The notes under the pieces: model-generated
What the model saw: only the letters and a program-made list of their open reading frames with translations
The model's database searches: none
Told to the model about the DNA's origin: nothing
Assembly: GCA_041666545.1 (NCBI GenBank)
Contig: JBAYGS010000001.1
Coordinates: 217,942-281,941 of the forward strand
Origin: Minisyncoccota bacterium
Lineage (GTDB): Bacteria; Patescibacteriota; Minisyncoccia; Phycocordibacterales; JBAYGS01
Direction of reading: 5' to 3'
DNA: 64,000 nt
Part shown: one piece after another, positions 1 through 7,291 of the stretch
Layout of the letters: each line of letters begins with the position of its first letter
How positions within the stretch are numbered: the first letter of the stretch is position 1
Program-made: the position numbers and the translations under genes

Positions 1-1
1 T

Positions 2-448
2 ATTCCGGATTTTCGAATTGATGAGCGCGTCTTCCAAATTCTTTTGCGCTTGAGGTCTCTAAGCACCGAGAACTTTCTAATTCAAACTCGCAACCCGGAA
101 AAGAAGCTTTTTGAATACGCGCTTTCCGGCAATACCATCGACTTTTACAAAGATGAAATCGAGGTGCGCCAAAGCTTTAATTATCCGCCTTTTACCGTAC
201 TGATTAAACTGTCGCTCCGCGGCACCAAGGAATACGCGCTTGGTGAAATGAAAAAGTTTGAGATTGATTTTACCAAATTTAAGCCGGCGGTTTTTCCAGC
301 CTTCGTCGCTGTTATTAAAGGCAAGCACATTATGAATGCCTTAATCAAAATTCCTAAAGCCCAGTGGCCAAATGAAGAGTTGCTCAATAAACTTCGGAGC
401 TTATCGCCGGCCTGGAGTATCGCGATTAATCCGGAAAACCTTATCTAG
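2..448 (+). CDS. priA: primosomal protein N' (PriA), C-terminal ~150 aa; 5' end lies left of the window
   Basis: Frame is open from the window edge (IPDFRIDERVFQILLRL...); PriA-like C-terminal motifs (ERxFQxL, YPPF, AWSIAINPEN). Track ORF 44..448 is only an internal TTG. Confidence 0.55.
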   Translation: MPDFRIDERVFQILLRLRSLSTENFLIQTRNPEKKLFEYALSGNTIDFYKDEIEVRQSFNYPPFTVLIKLSLRGTKEYALGEMKKFEIDFTKFKPAVFPAFVAVIKGKHIMNALIKIPKAQWPNEELLNKLRSLSPAWSIAINPENLI

Positions 449-489
449 CCCCGACGCTTCGGTCGGGGTCCCGACTTCTGACGTCGGGA
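449..489 (+). terminator. two tandem GC hairpins (CCCCGAC/GTCGGGG and TCCCGAC/GTCGGGA) directly after priA stop; no T-tract
   Basis: Inverted repeats read directly; absence of U-tail makes terminator role uncertain. Confidence 0.3.
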
Positions 490-573
490 TTGGTAGTGGG
501 TAGTGGGTAGTTAGCAGAAAGTAGCGAGAAGAAGAGATTTGATAGAAAACTCTGCCACAAAAAAGAATGGCCT

Positions 574-617
574 CACCCTGCACTAATTGTAGCAATCGCC
601 ACAATTAGTGCAGGGTG
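574..617. repeat. perfect 17-bp-stem hairpin (CACCCTGCACTAATTGT / ACAATTAGTGCAGGGTG, 10-nt loop)
   Basis: Perfect inverted repeat seen in sequence, intergenic between priA and small ORF. Confidence 0.6.
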
Positions 618-716
618 GGAAATCAAGAAAAGTCAAAGAAAAGTTGACATTTTTGTGATATGTGATAGTCTACCGGCAGAGCAGTGAACCCAACAAAACC
701 CGAGAAAGGACCGTCT

Positions 717-893
717 ATGGAACTATTTCCTGACTCATTCGATCTCAAGCCGGAGCATAAAAAGTGCAGCACAAGTTTGACTCGCTTCGACAAATTCAAG
801 CCGGAAGTGCAGGTGGCGATTCGTGCCGTCGGCAGAGCGACATTTCAGAGCAATGGCAACTACAATGCAATCTACCCGCCGAAACAGAAATAG
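717..893 (+). CDS. hypothetical small protein (58 aa); paralog of N-terminal part of next gene
   Basis: ATG 717 preceded by GAGAAAGGA (track ORF 684..893); ~50-aa similarity to product of 932..1447 (EHxxC..VxxAxRAxGxAT..PPxQK). Confidence 0.4.
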   Translation: MELFPDSFDLKPEHKKCSTSLTRFDKFKPEVQVAIRAVGRATFQSNGNYNAIYPPKQK

Positions 894-931
894 TGTAGCA
901 AGGAAACAAACCGCAAAGAACAGAACCGCAA

Positions 932-1447
932 ATGAAGATTATACTGAACACTAGCGACCTGCGGGGTGAACACTCCAACTGTCATGCCGATGAGGTCACT
1001 TTCTGGATGTTGAATAACCGAGCGCAAGCGGTGGTCAGGGCCGCCGGAGAAGCCACAATCTATACCGACAGTGGCACGCGGGAGGGCACAATTCGACCAC
1101 CTCAGCAAAAATCGTCCTTACCCATCGTTCTTTCCGTGAACAACTACCAACAAGAACTGGACGAGATGAGCAAGAAGGGAGAATTGCCGGCAGAGCTGGC
1201 ACGCCTCCTCAAGGCTTTGGTGAACTCACATTTAAGAAAAAGTATCTCCCCGACTGCCACTCCCACAGAAGTGAAACAGGCCTGGGAATATCTTTCCGGA
1301 GGGATTTTCCTGAGACAGGACGGCAGTGACGGATCATTTCACTCTGCGGCAGTCTTCGAACCTGACCCGGAGCTAGCGGGAACCGCCAGAATCTTCCTCC
1401 AATTGGTCCGCCGGTGCCCACTAGGAAAAATCGTAATCTTCGAATAA
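932..1447 (+). CDS. hypothetical protein (171 aa)
   Basis: Track ORF; followed by GC hairpin + T6; N-region paralogous to upstream small ORF. Confidence 0.45.
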   Translation: MKIILNTSDLRGEHSNCHADEVTFWMLNNRAQAVVRAAGEATIYTDSGTREGTIRPPQQKSSLPIVLSVNNYQQELDEMSKKGELPAELARLLKALVNSHLRKSISPTATPTEVKQAWEYLSGGIFLRQDGSDGSFHSAAVFEPDPELAGTARIFLQLVRRCPLGKIVIFE

Positions 1448-1451
1448 CCTC

Positions 1452-1493
1452 CCCACTCTCACCCGCCTTAGCGCAAGCGACGGTGGGTTTTTT
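1452..1493 (+). terminator. probable intrinsic terminator (GC-rich hairpin + TTTTTT)
   Basis: GC-rich inverted repeat ending GACGGTGGG followed by T6 at 1488-1493. Confidence 0.5.
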
Positions 1494-1543
1494 GTTAAGG
1501 ACCTTTACGAATAGGACACATGAATATTCGTGTCATTCGTCCC

Positions 1544-1564
1544 CATTCGTGTATTTGTGTCGTG
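1544..1564 (-). repeat. 21-nt motif CACGACACAAATACACGAATG (copy 1, reverse orientation) inside a cluster of ATTCGTG/CGAATA short repeats (1505-1580)
   Basis: Identical 21-mer also at ~18669 and ~50379. Confidence 0.7.
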
Positions 1565-1585
1565 TACATATTCGTGGTTCTATTA

Positions 1586-1591
1586 TATAAT
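1586..1591 (+). promoter_or_regulatory. perfect TATAAT -10 box 8 nt upstream of def ATG (possible leaderless or near-leaderless def-fmt mRNA)
   Basis: TATAAT at 1586-1591, no SD between it and ATG 1600. Confidence 0.35.
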
Positions 1592-1599
1592 GCTAAATT

Positions 1600-2130
1600 A
1601 TGCTGGAAATCGTAAACCGTGACAACCCAGTCCTTAGAGAAAAGGCTAAGGAAGTTCCGGTCTCGCAAATCGGTAAACCGGAGATTCAGAAAATAATTTC
1701 TGAAATGAAGGAGGCTCTAGCCACTCAGGATGACGGCGTTGCTATCGCCGCCCCGCAAATCGGTGAACCGTTGCGGATTTTTGTTGTCTCTGGAAAAATT
1801 CTCGCCCAGCAGTCAAAGAAGGTCAGGTCGACTAAAAAAGACGGCTCTGATTTAGTTTTCATCAACCCCAAAATTATCAAGCTCTCTCGCAAGAAGGATT
1901 TTATGGAAGAGGGCTGCCTTTCAGTCCGCTGGCTATACGGTCGAGTCAAACGCTCCGAGAACGCCACCGTCGAGGCTTACAACGAAAAGGCGGAAAAAAT
2001 CACTCGCGGCGCCAGCGGTCTTTTAGCTCAAGTTTTCCAGCACGAGGTTGATCATCTTGAAGGTATTCTCTTTATTGATAAGGCCAAGGACATCGTTGAG
2101 ATCCCCCCGAAGAAACTGCATGATAAATAA
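1600..2130 (+). CDS. def: peptide deformylase
   Basis: GxGxAAPQ, EGCLS and HEVDHL metal-binding motifs. Confidence 0.9.
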   Translation: MLEIVNRDNPVLREKAKEVPVSQIGKPEIQKIISEMKEALATQDDGVAIAAPQIGEPLRIFVVSGKILAQQSKKVRSTKKDGSDLVFINPKIIKLSRKKDFMEEGCLSVRWLYGRVKRSENATVEAYNEKAEKITRGASGLLAQVFQHEVDHLEGILFIDKAKDIVEIPPKKLHDK

Positions 2131-2980
2131 TCAAAAAACAAAATTTGCTTTCTTCGGCACGCCAAGTCTGGCGGCAGATTTGCTTGAGGCCTTAAAAGGG
2201 GCCGGTTTTGTTCCTGCCGTTATAATTACCAACCCCGATCAACCAGTCGGCCGAAAAATGATTGTCACACCACCACCAGTTAAAACCTGGGCTATCGAAA
2301 ATAATATTGAATGCCTCCAACCCACTTCTTTAAAAGATTCTGAATTCATCAGTCAGTTGTCAAAGGTCAATTGTCAAATGTTCCTAGTTGCCGCCTACGG
2401 CAAAATCATCCCGGAATCAATTTTACAAATTCCTCAACTTGGCAGTTTTAATGTCCACTATTCCCTACTACCAAAATATCGTGGCGCCACACCGGTTGAG
2501 TCGGCAATTCTAAATGGAGACATTGAAACCGGAGTTTCAATCCAAAAAATGGTTTACGAGCTTGACGCCGGAGATGTAGTAGCAAGCGAGAAAACGGAAA
2601 TCCGACCGGATGAAACTGCCCCGGAATTGCGAATGAGACTAAATGAAATCGCCAAGAGCCTTTTAATTAAAACTACTGAAAAAATAATTTCCGAAAACAT
2701 CGCCCCAGAGACACAGGACCCGGCCAAAGCGACTTTTTGTCACAAAATTAAAAAAGAAGACGGACTCATCAATCTCACGGCCGACCCAAAAACTAACTAT
2801 TTAAAATATCGCGCTTACTTCGGCTGGCCGGGCACTTATTTCTTTGCAGAAAAGGGTGGCAAACAAATTCGAGTCATTATCAAAAAAGCCAGTTTCAGAG
2901 ATGGCCAATTTGTAATCGAAAGAGTGGTTCCCGAGGGCAAAAAGGAAATTAGCTACCAAGATTTTGCGACTAGACCCTAA
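2120..2980 (+). CDS. fmt: methionyl-tRNA formyltransferase
   Basis: FFGTP N-terminus, HYSLLPKYRGATP motif, C-terminal domain; start taken at ATG 2120 (11-nt overlap with def) rather than track 2048. Confidence 0.9.
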   Translation: MINNQKTKFAFFGTPSLAADLLEALKGAGFVPAVIITNPDQPVGRKMIVTPPPVKTWAIENNIECLQPTSLKDSEFISQLSKVNCQMFLVAAYGKIIPESILQIPQLGSFNVHYSLLPKYRGATPVESAILNGDIETGVSIQKMVYELDAGDVVASEKTEIRPDETAPELRMRLNEIAKSLLIKTTEKIISENIAPETQDPAKATFCHKIKKEDGLINLTADPKTNYLKYRAYFGWPGTYFFAEKGGKQIRVIIKKASFRDGQFVIERVVPEGKKEISYQDFATRP

Positions 2981-3001
2981 ACCAATCCGATTGGTTTAGG
3001 G
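2975..3001 (+). terminator. hairpin CCCTAAACCAATCCGATTGGTTTAGGG overlapping fmt stop (no T-tract)
   Basis: Perfect 11-bp-arm inverted repeat read in sequence. Confidence 0.35.
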
Positions 3002-3083
3002 TTGCCCGAACAAATTCTTAATTTGTTTTAGGGAAAAAATTAAAAACACCCCGCCGAAGCGAGGTGCTAGATCTGCCAAACCT

Positions 3084-3362
3084 TTACGAGCCGGAACGGC
3101 AAGAGTTGATATAGGTCGCTACCAAGAGGACAAAACAGTTAAGCTCGTTTTGAACTCTCTCACGGGAATTTTCACGCTCTGCAAAGCGAAGATGCCTAGC
3201 CTTGGTGGTGATATTCTCAACCAAATTTACCTGCTGATACTCTGACAGAACAACCCCCGGATTCACAGCAAGAAGGATCTTTGCTACTAACTCCTGGGCT
3301 TCAGAAAAGCGCATCTCAGCATCCTCGGCAATTCCCTGGAGAACATGTTCGGCTTTTTTCAT
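3084..3362 (-). CDS. hypothetical protein (92 aa)
   Basis: ATG 3362 preceded by AGGAAAA SD (track ORF extends to 3413); hairpin + T5 on minus strand at ~3040-3075. Confidence 0.45.
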   Translation of the reverse strand: MKKAEHVLQGIAEDAEMRFSEAQELVAKILLAVNPGVVLSEYQQVNLVENITTKARHLRFAERENSRERVQNELNCFVLLVATYINSCRSGS

Positions 3363-3513
3363 AATTTTTCCTTTCTCTTTCAGCACAATAGCAAATCCTC
3401 GCCAATTTGTCAAGCACTAAAACGGCCCTGTCCTTGGGGCTGTTTTAGTGTCTTTTATCCCATATTTCTTTCCCTCTTCATACCATATACCATACACCTA
3501 ATACTATATACTT

Positions 3514-4182
3514 TTATTTCAGTTCTATTGAATTAATCACAATCGGCGTCTTAGGAATATCACTCTCCCCTGTAATTACATTGTTGATTTTATCCACGAC
3601 ATCCATCCCGGAAACAACCTTGCCGAAAACAGTGTGTTTACCATCGAGCCACGGAGTGGCGGCCGCCGTGACAATAAAAAACTGACTGCCGTTGGTGTTT
3701 GGTCCGGCGTTCGCCATGGCAATCACACCACGAACAATTTTTTGGTCATTGATCTCATCCGGAAAAGTGTAGCCGGGACCACCTCGGCCATAGAGAGCAG
3801 TGTTATCGCCTTTGCTTAGAGGATCGCCGGATTGAATCATAAAATCCTTAATAACTCGATGAAATTTAACTCCGTCATAAAAACCGGACTGCGTGAGTTT
3901 CACAAAGTTGGCCACGGTTGCCGGCGCTTTGTCACTGAAAAATTGGATTTCAATATTGCCGGAAGTGGTTTTCAAAATTGCTCTACTAATTTGCTGTTCG
4001 CTCGATTTAACTGCCATATTTTTTGTATTTAAACTATTAGTGGTTGATAAGTTGGTCGTGTCCGTCTCCTTTGGACTTGGCCGCCAAGGACCGAGAACAT
4101 AGGCTAGAATGCCCAAAATAATTACTATTGCAAGCGCAAGTTCGAGCGGCAACAGTTTTTGCTGTGTCTTTGATTTCACCAT
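3514..4182 (-). CDS. ppiB: peptidyl-prolyl cis-trans isomerase, cyclophilin type, with N-terminal membrane anchor
   Basis: Cyclophilin core motifs ([35 protein letters not shown]); hydrophobic N-terminus. Confidence 0.85.
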   Translation of the reverse strand: MVKSKTQQKLLPLELALAIVIILGILAYVLGPWRPSPKETDTTNLSTTNSLNTKNMAVKSSEQQISRAILKTTSGNIEIQFFSDKAPATVANFVKLTQSGFYDGVKFHRVIKDFMIQSGDPLSKGDNTALYGRGGPGYTFPDEINDQKIVRGVIAMANAGPNTNGSQFFIVTAAATPWLDGKHTVFGKVVSGMDVVDKINNVITGESDIPKTPIVINSIELK

Positions 4183-4191
4183 AAATTGAAT

Positions 4192-4584
4192 TTATTTTTT
4201 GTTAGGACGCCAATTGCTGATACCTTTAATCAAATTCTTGATCTGTCGGCCACTTCGTCTAATCAGACTGATTTGCTTGGTTTTATTGCCTCGCAACTCT
4301 TGCAACAACTCATCCTTAACTTTATCAATCGCTGAGTGCAGATCGGCCATTTCCGAGACGGCTCGAAAACTTTGCCCGCCCAAATGGAGAGTGAGTTCGG
4401 CTTTAAAAATATCTCCGGCTTTATGATGAGAAGTGGTACGAGCCAATTCAACAAAGCAAATGTTGGCATCGTCCTCGGCATCGACGAATTTTTCCAAAGC
4501 TGAAAGTCTCTTGTCGAGGTAATCGGAAATTTCCGGAGTTAAAGTTATGTCGGTGGCTTTAATTTTAGTATTGATTTTTGTCAT
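4192..4584 (-). CDS. hpf: ribosome hibernation promoting factor / RaiA (sigma-54 modulation protein family)
   Basis: Size (130 aa) and characteristic N-terminal region (ITLTPEI..YL..KL..LEKF....I.F.......HKAGDIF..E..L.L.G....A). Confidence 0.75.
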   Translation of the reverse strand: MTKINTKIKATDITLTPEISDYLDKRLSALEKFVDAEDDANICFVELARTTSHHKAGDIFKAELTLHLGGQSFRAVSEMADLHSAIDKVKDELLQELRGNKTKQISLIRRSGRQIKNLIKGISNWRPNKK

Positions 4585-4619
4585 AGTTTAATTTTAGCAA
4601 AAATTATTAAGACTGCCTA

Positions 4620-4841
4620 TCAATCCCCGACCGCGACAAGCTTGCTCGGGCTATGGTGCCCATTCACAATCCGGATTTGACCGGCTTTCGGCCCGAAATG
4701 TCGTCGCAAGAGCTCAATCACGCGAGTATTGGCCAGATTGCGCTCGGCCTTTTCCTTGACCTGTATCTTAAAACTCGTGTCCGAGACTTTTTCAAACAAC
4801 TCCTCGTCCGAATTGGTTTTGACTTTTACCTTGATGTACAT
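4620..4841 (-). CDS. DUF167 / YggU-family protein (73 aa)
   Basis: MYIKVKVKTNS...IRIVNG pattern; start taken at internal ATG 4841 (track uses GTG 4883, which would run into the MITE inverted repeat). Confidence 0.55.
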   Translation of the reverse strand: MYIKVKVKTNSDEELFEKVSDTSFKIQVKEKAERNLANTRVIELLRRHFGPKAGQIRIVNGHHSPSKLVAVGD

Positions 4842-5030
4842 CCCGTTAGAGATAGGAAGCGTGAAGTTGTGTACTTTTGACACCCCTATGTGAAATTAAC
4901 ATTAGATGAATAATACCCCACACCGACAAATTAACGAAACGCTTCCGAAGTCTGCGGAGCAAAACGAAAGACAATTTTTCACAGCAACTTGAGAAAATCT
5001 TTAAATTCGAAACAAAATATCTCTAACGGG
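4842..5030. mobile_element. MITE-like element copy 1 (189 bp) with terminal inverted repeats CCCGTTAGAGAT...ATCTCTAACGGG; flanks ACAT/ACAC
   Basis: Same 12-13-bp TIR as elements at 18517 and 29221; internal sub-terminal hairpin (GGAAGCGT...ACGCTTCC); non-coding; left TIR abuts yggU start codon. Confidence 0.6.
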
Positions 5031-5120
5031 ACACATCTCCCACTATCGAGGATTCGATATGTATTATATAGTATATGACAAAAGGTTGGCCTTTTCACTT
5101 AATTAGAAATTAAAAAAAAT

Positions 5121-5681
5121 ATGGAGACTAAATCAAAATTTGTCGCGACCATTCCGGAGCCAAAGTTGGCCAGACTTTTATTTGCCGACACCCGACTGGC
5201 CATGCTTTGGCTCGTTATCCGACTCTATGTTGGTTATGAATGGCTAATGGCCGGAATTTCAAAACTTAATTCTCCGGCTTGGTTAGGCGAACAGGCTGGC
5301 ACCGCCCTCAAAGGATTTCTGGCAGGAGCCCTACAAAAAACCGTAGGCGAGCACCCTGATGTTGCCGGCTGGTATGCGAGCTTCATTCAAAATTTCGTAC
5401 TGAATCACCCAATCGTTTTTTCCAATCTGGTAGTTTATGGCGAAATCGCGGTTGGTCTGGGATTGATTTTGGGTTTGTTTACCGGCATTGCCGCCTTCTT
5501 CGGCAGTTTTATGAACCTCAACTATCTTTTGGCTGGCACCGTGAGCACCAACCCTGTTCTGGGCATTTTGCAGTTATTTTTGATTCTAGCTTGGCGTATT
5601 GCCGGCTGGTACGGACTAGACCGTTTCGCTTTGCCAAAGCTTGGGACACCCTGGAAGCACGGCGAGATGTTTGAGAAGTAA
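5121..5681 (+). CDS. DoxX-family membrane protein
   Basis: Four predicted TM segments, DoxX-like spacing (LRLYVGYEWL..G..K). Confidence 0.6.
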   Translation: METKSKFVATIPEPKLARLLFADTRLAMLWLVIRLYVGYEWLMAGISKLNSPAWLGEQAGTALKGFLAGALQKTVGEHPDVAGWYASFIQNFVLNHPIVFSNLVVYGEIAVGLGLILGLFTGIAAFFGSFMNLNYLLAGTVSTNPVLGILQLFLILAWRIAGWYGLDRFALPKLGTPWKHGEMFEK

Positions 5682-5706
5682 ATTTTCGAAAAACTAGGGA
5701 TTAATG

Positions 5707-5734
5707 AAAACCACTAGCACCCGCTAGTGGTTTT
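5707..5734 (+). terminator. intrinsic terminator AAAACCACTAGC..GCTAGTGGTTTT
   Basis: 12-bp stem with flanking A/T tracts (bidirectional-capable). Confidence 0.65.
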
Positions 5735-5797
5735 CATTCTGACTTTTGCAACTCTCAAAAATTTTGCTATTATAAGCCAGCTCTTTGATTTATCACT

Positions 5798-6111
5798 ATG
5801 CCAGATAATAGAAAATACGCAGATCGTCGAGAAGCCTTGATTAAGGCCGTAGCAAAGCGTAGAAAAAAATTAAGCTGCTGGCTATTGAATACAAGGGCGG
5901 AAAATGCCAAGTTTGCGGTTATGAAAGGTATCCGGGAGCATTAGAACTTCATCATCTAGACAAGCGAGACAAAAGTTTCGCAATTGGTGATAAAGGGTAC
6001 ACAAGATCCTGGGAAAAAGTAAAAGCGGAACTAGATAAGTGTGCCTTGCTGTGTGCCAACTGTCACCGAGAAGTCGGAGCGGGCATAACGAAATTAGACA
6101 GCGCAGAGTAA
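5798..6111 (+). pseudogene. HNH endonuclease (~104 aa) interrupted by a -1 frameshift in an A7 tract (either a pseudogene or programmed/transcriptional slippage)
   Basis: Frame 1 ATG 5798..stop 5944 (MPDNRKYADRREALIKAVAKRRKK...); frame -1 continues from the A-run at ~5863 to 6111 with the HNH motif (CQVCGY..LELHHL...CALLCANCH). The frames join at AGAAAAAAATTAAG. Confidence 0.6.
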
Positions 6112-6143
6112 ATTGAAAACCGAATAATAAATGACAATTAAGC

Positions 6144-6425
6144 TCCGGGATAGCTCAGCGGTAGAGCAGTCGCCTGTAGAGTAATGCAGCTTTTTATCGA
6201 AAGGTAAATCGAAAACTTCGGGATAACGGTGGAACCCTACTATTTAAAAATTGAGGGCAATACCGTGGGAACCGAGCACATAAAGTTTATATGCTCGGGC
6301 GCCGTAGAGACTAGATACCGAGGCACCTAAATCCGCAAGGATATGGTGGTGATATAGTCCACGCCATCAGTAATGATGAATTAAGTGTAAGCGATTGGTC
6401 ACTGGTTCGAATCCAGTTCCCGGAG
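6144..6425 (+). tRNA. tRNA-Asn(GUU) interrupted by a group I intron between anticodon-loop positions 35/36; exons 6144-6177 and 6388-6425; no encoded CCA
   Basis: Acceptor stem TCCGGGA/TCCCGGA with U1-A72, G73 discriminator, D-arm GCTC/GAGC, anticodon stem GTCGC/GCGAT, T-arm ACTGG-TTCGAAT-CCAGT. Spliced loop is CUGUUAA (GUU anticodon). Confidence 0.75.
6178..6387 (+). ncRNA. group I self-splicing intron (~210 nt, small IC3-like) within tRNA-Asn
   Basis: 5' splice site after U with an IGS-like GCAG 8 nt into the intron (a CUGU/GCAG P1 with U.G at the splice site); terminal G6387. Core sequence CGCCGUAGAGACUAGAUACCGAGGCACCUAAAUCCGCAAGGAUAUGG resembles the P7/P3/P8 core of Azoarcus/cyanobacterial tRNA introns as I recall them. 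Confidence 0.7.
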
Positions 6426-6441
6426 CTTAGAGGTCATTTAG
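6411..6441 (+). repeat. direct repeat copy 1 = genuine tRNA 3' end (ATCCAGTTCCCGGAGCTTAGAGGTCATTT) followed by hairpin 6443-6466
   Basis: 30-nt block repeated at 6614 and 6818. Confidence 0.8.
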
Positions 6442-6613
6442 CAAACCGCCCGTCTTGGGCGGTTTTGCTTCATCTAAGGTCCGGGAAAGGACGCAAACTG
6501 CTTTGCGTCCGTCTGGATTCGAACGCCGGAGTTGTGTTTTTGTCAGCAGACAAAACCAACGAGGCGGTGCCCAGACAAGGCCGAGCGGCGGCGAGGTTTT
6601 AGTCGCGGGCGAA

Positions 6614-6677
6614 TCCAGTTCCCGGAGCTTAGAGGTCATTTGCAAAAACAGCGTTTCGGCGCTGTTTTTGTTTGACC
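6614..6677 (+). repeat. direct repeat copy 2 of tRNA 3' end + hairpin/T-tract (GCAAAAACAGCGTTTCGGCGCTGTTTTTG)
   Basis: 30-nt identity to 6411-6441; hairpin identical to copy 3. Confidence 0.8.
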
Positions 6678-6817
6678 TCGCTCCGAGGAAGCAAGTGAAC
6701 GATTTCACTTGCGGACTGGATTCGAAGCCCGATTGAGCATTTTTTCAAGCCACAGTGGCGCGGGAAAAATCCAATCGGGGTACTGAAACTGTAAGTTTCG
6801 AAAAACGTACCCGCGGT

Positions 6818-6880
6818 CCAGTTCCCGGAGCTTAGAGGTCATTTGCAAAAACAGCGTTTCGGCGCTGTTTTTGTTTAACC
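6818..6880 (+). repeat. direct repeat copy 3 of tRNA 3' end + same hairpin/T-tract
   Basis: CCAGTTCCCGGAGCTTAGAGGTCATTTGCAAAAACAGCGTTTCGGCGCTGTTTTTG identical to copy 2; degenerate extra copies (CTGGATTCGAA..CCGGAG) at ~6508 and ~6723. Confidence 0.8.
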
Positions 6881-6929
6881 CATTGTGATAGGCTGACCCT
6901 AGATAGAAGCCCGTCAACCCAGCAAAATT

Positions 6930-7199
6930 ATGAACCTTCACACCGCCGAAGTTTTTGTTAAAGATGTCCTTTTTGAAATGACGGGCTTCAGCGTCGCCCC
7001 TCATTTATGGGGATCAATTCCCCTTTCAGATATTGGCCTGACTCCCGAATCATGCCGAAACTTATCAGTCACGCTGGGTCTTAAACCTGAAGACCTGACT
7101 CCGGCCATGACCCTCGAGGAAACCGCGAAGAAGGTCGAGAAAGACAGTCCACTCGACATGAGGGTTGAAACGGAGCCGATGTGGGCACTTAATTTTTAG
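6930..7199 (+). CDS. hypothetical protein (89 aa)
   Basis: Track ORF followed by clear terminator at 7215-7247; no recognisable domain. Confidence 0.35.
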   Translation: MNLHTAEVFVKDVLFEMTGFSVAPHLWGSIPLSDIGLTPESCRNLSVTLGLKPEDLTPAMTLEETAKKVEKDSPLDMRVETEPMWALNF

Positions 7200-7214
7200 A
7201 GTTTGCCTCACCTA

Positions 7215-7247
7215 CCGACCACTTCATTTTGAAGCGTGGTCGGTTTT
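7215..7247 (+). terminator. intrinsic terminator CCGACCAC..GTGGTCGG + TTTT
   Basis: 8-bp stem, T-run 7244-7247. Confidence 0.65.
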
Positions 7248-7291
7248 AATTTACCAAAACCATTACGGTGCTTTGACACATTGCTATATTT

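Noticed and set aside
2048-2119. fmt start at 2048 (track ORF)
   Set aside because: It would overlap def by 83 nt. The conserved Fmt N-terminus (KFAFFGTP) begins right after ATG 2120.
6455-6736. Track ORFs 6427..6708 (-) and 6455..6736 (+) in the tRNA-repeat region
   Set aside because: They span repeated non-coding tRNA-end copies and terminator hairpins. The products are low complexity and have no RBS.
6411-6880. CRISPR-like array interpretation of the three direct repeats
   Set aside because: The repeat is the tRNA 3' end itself. There are only three full copies, and the ~175-bp 'spacers' contain degenerate copies of the same repeat and terminator hairpins. No cas genes are present.
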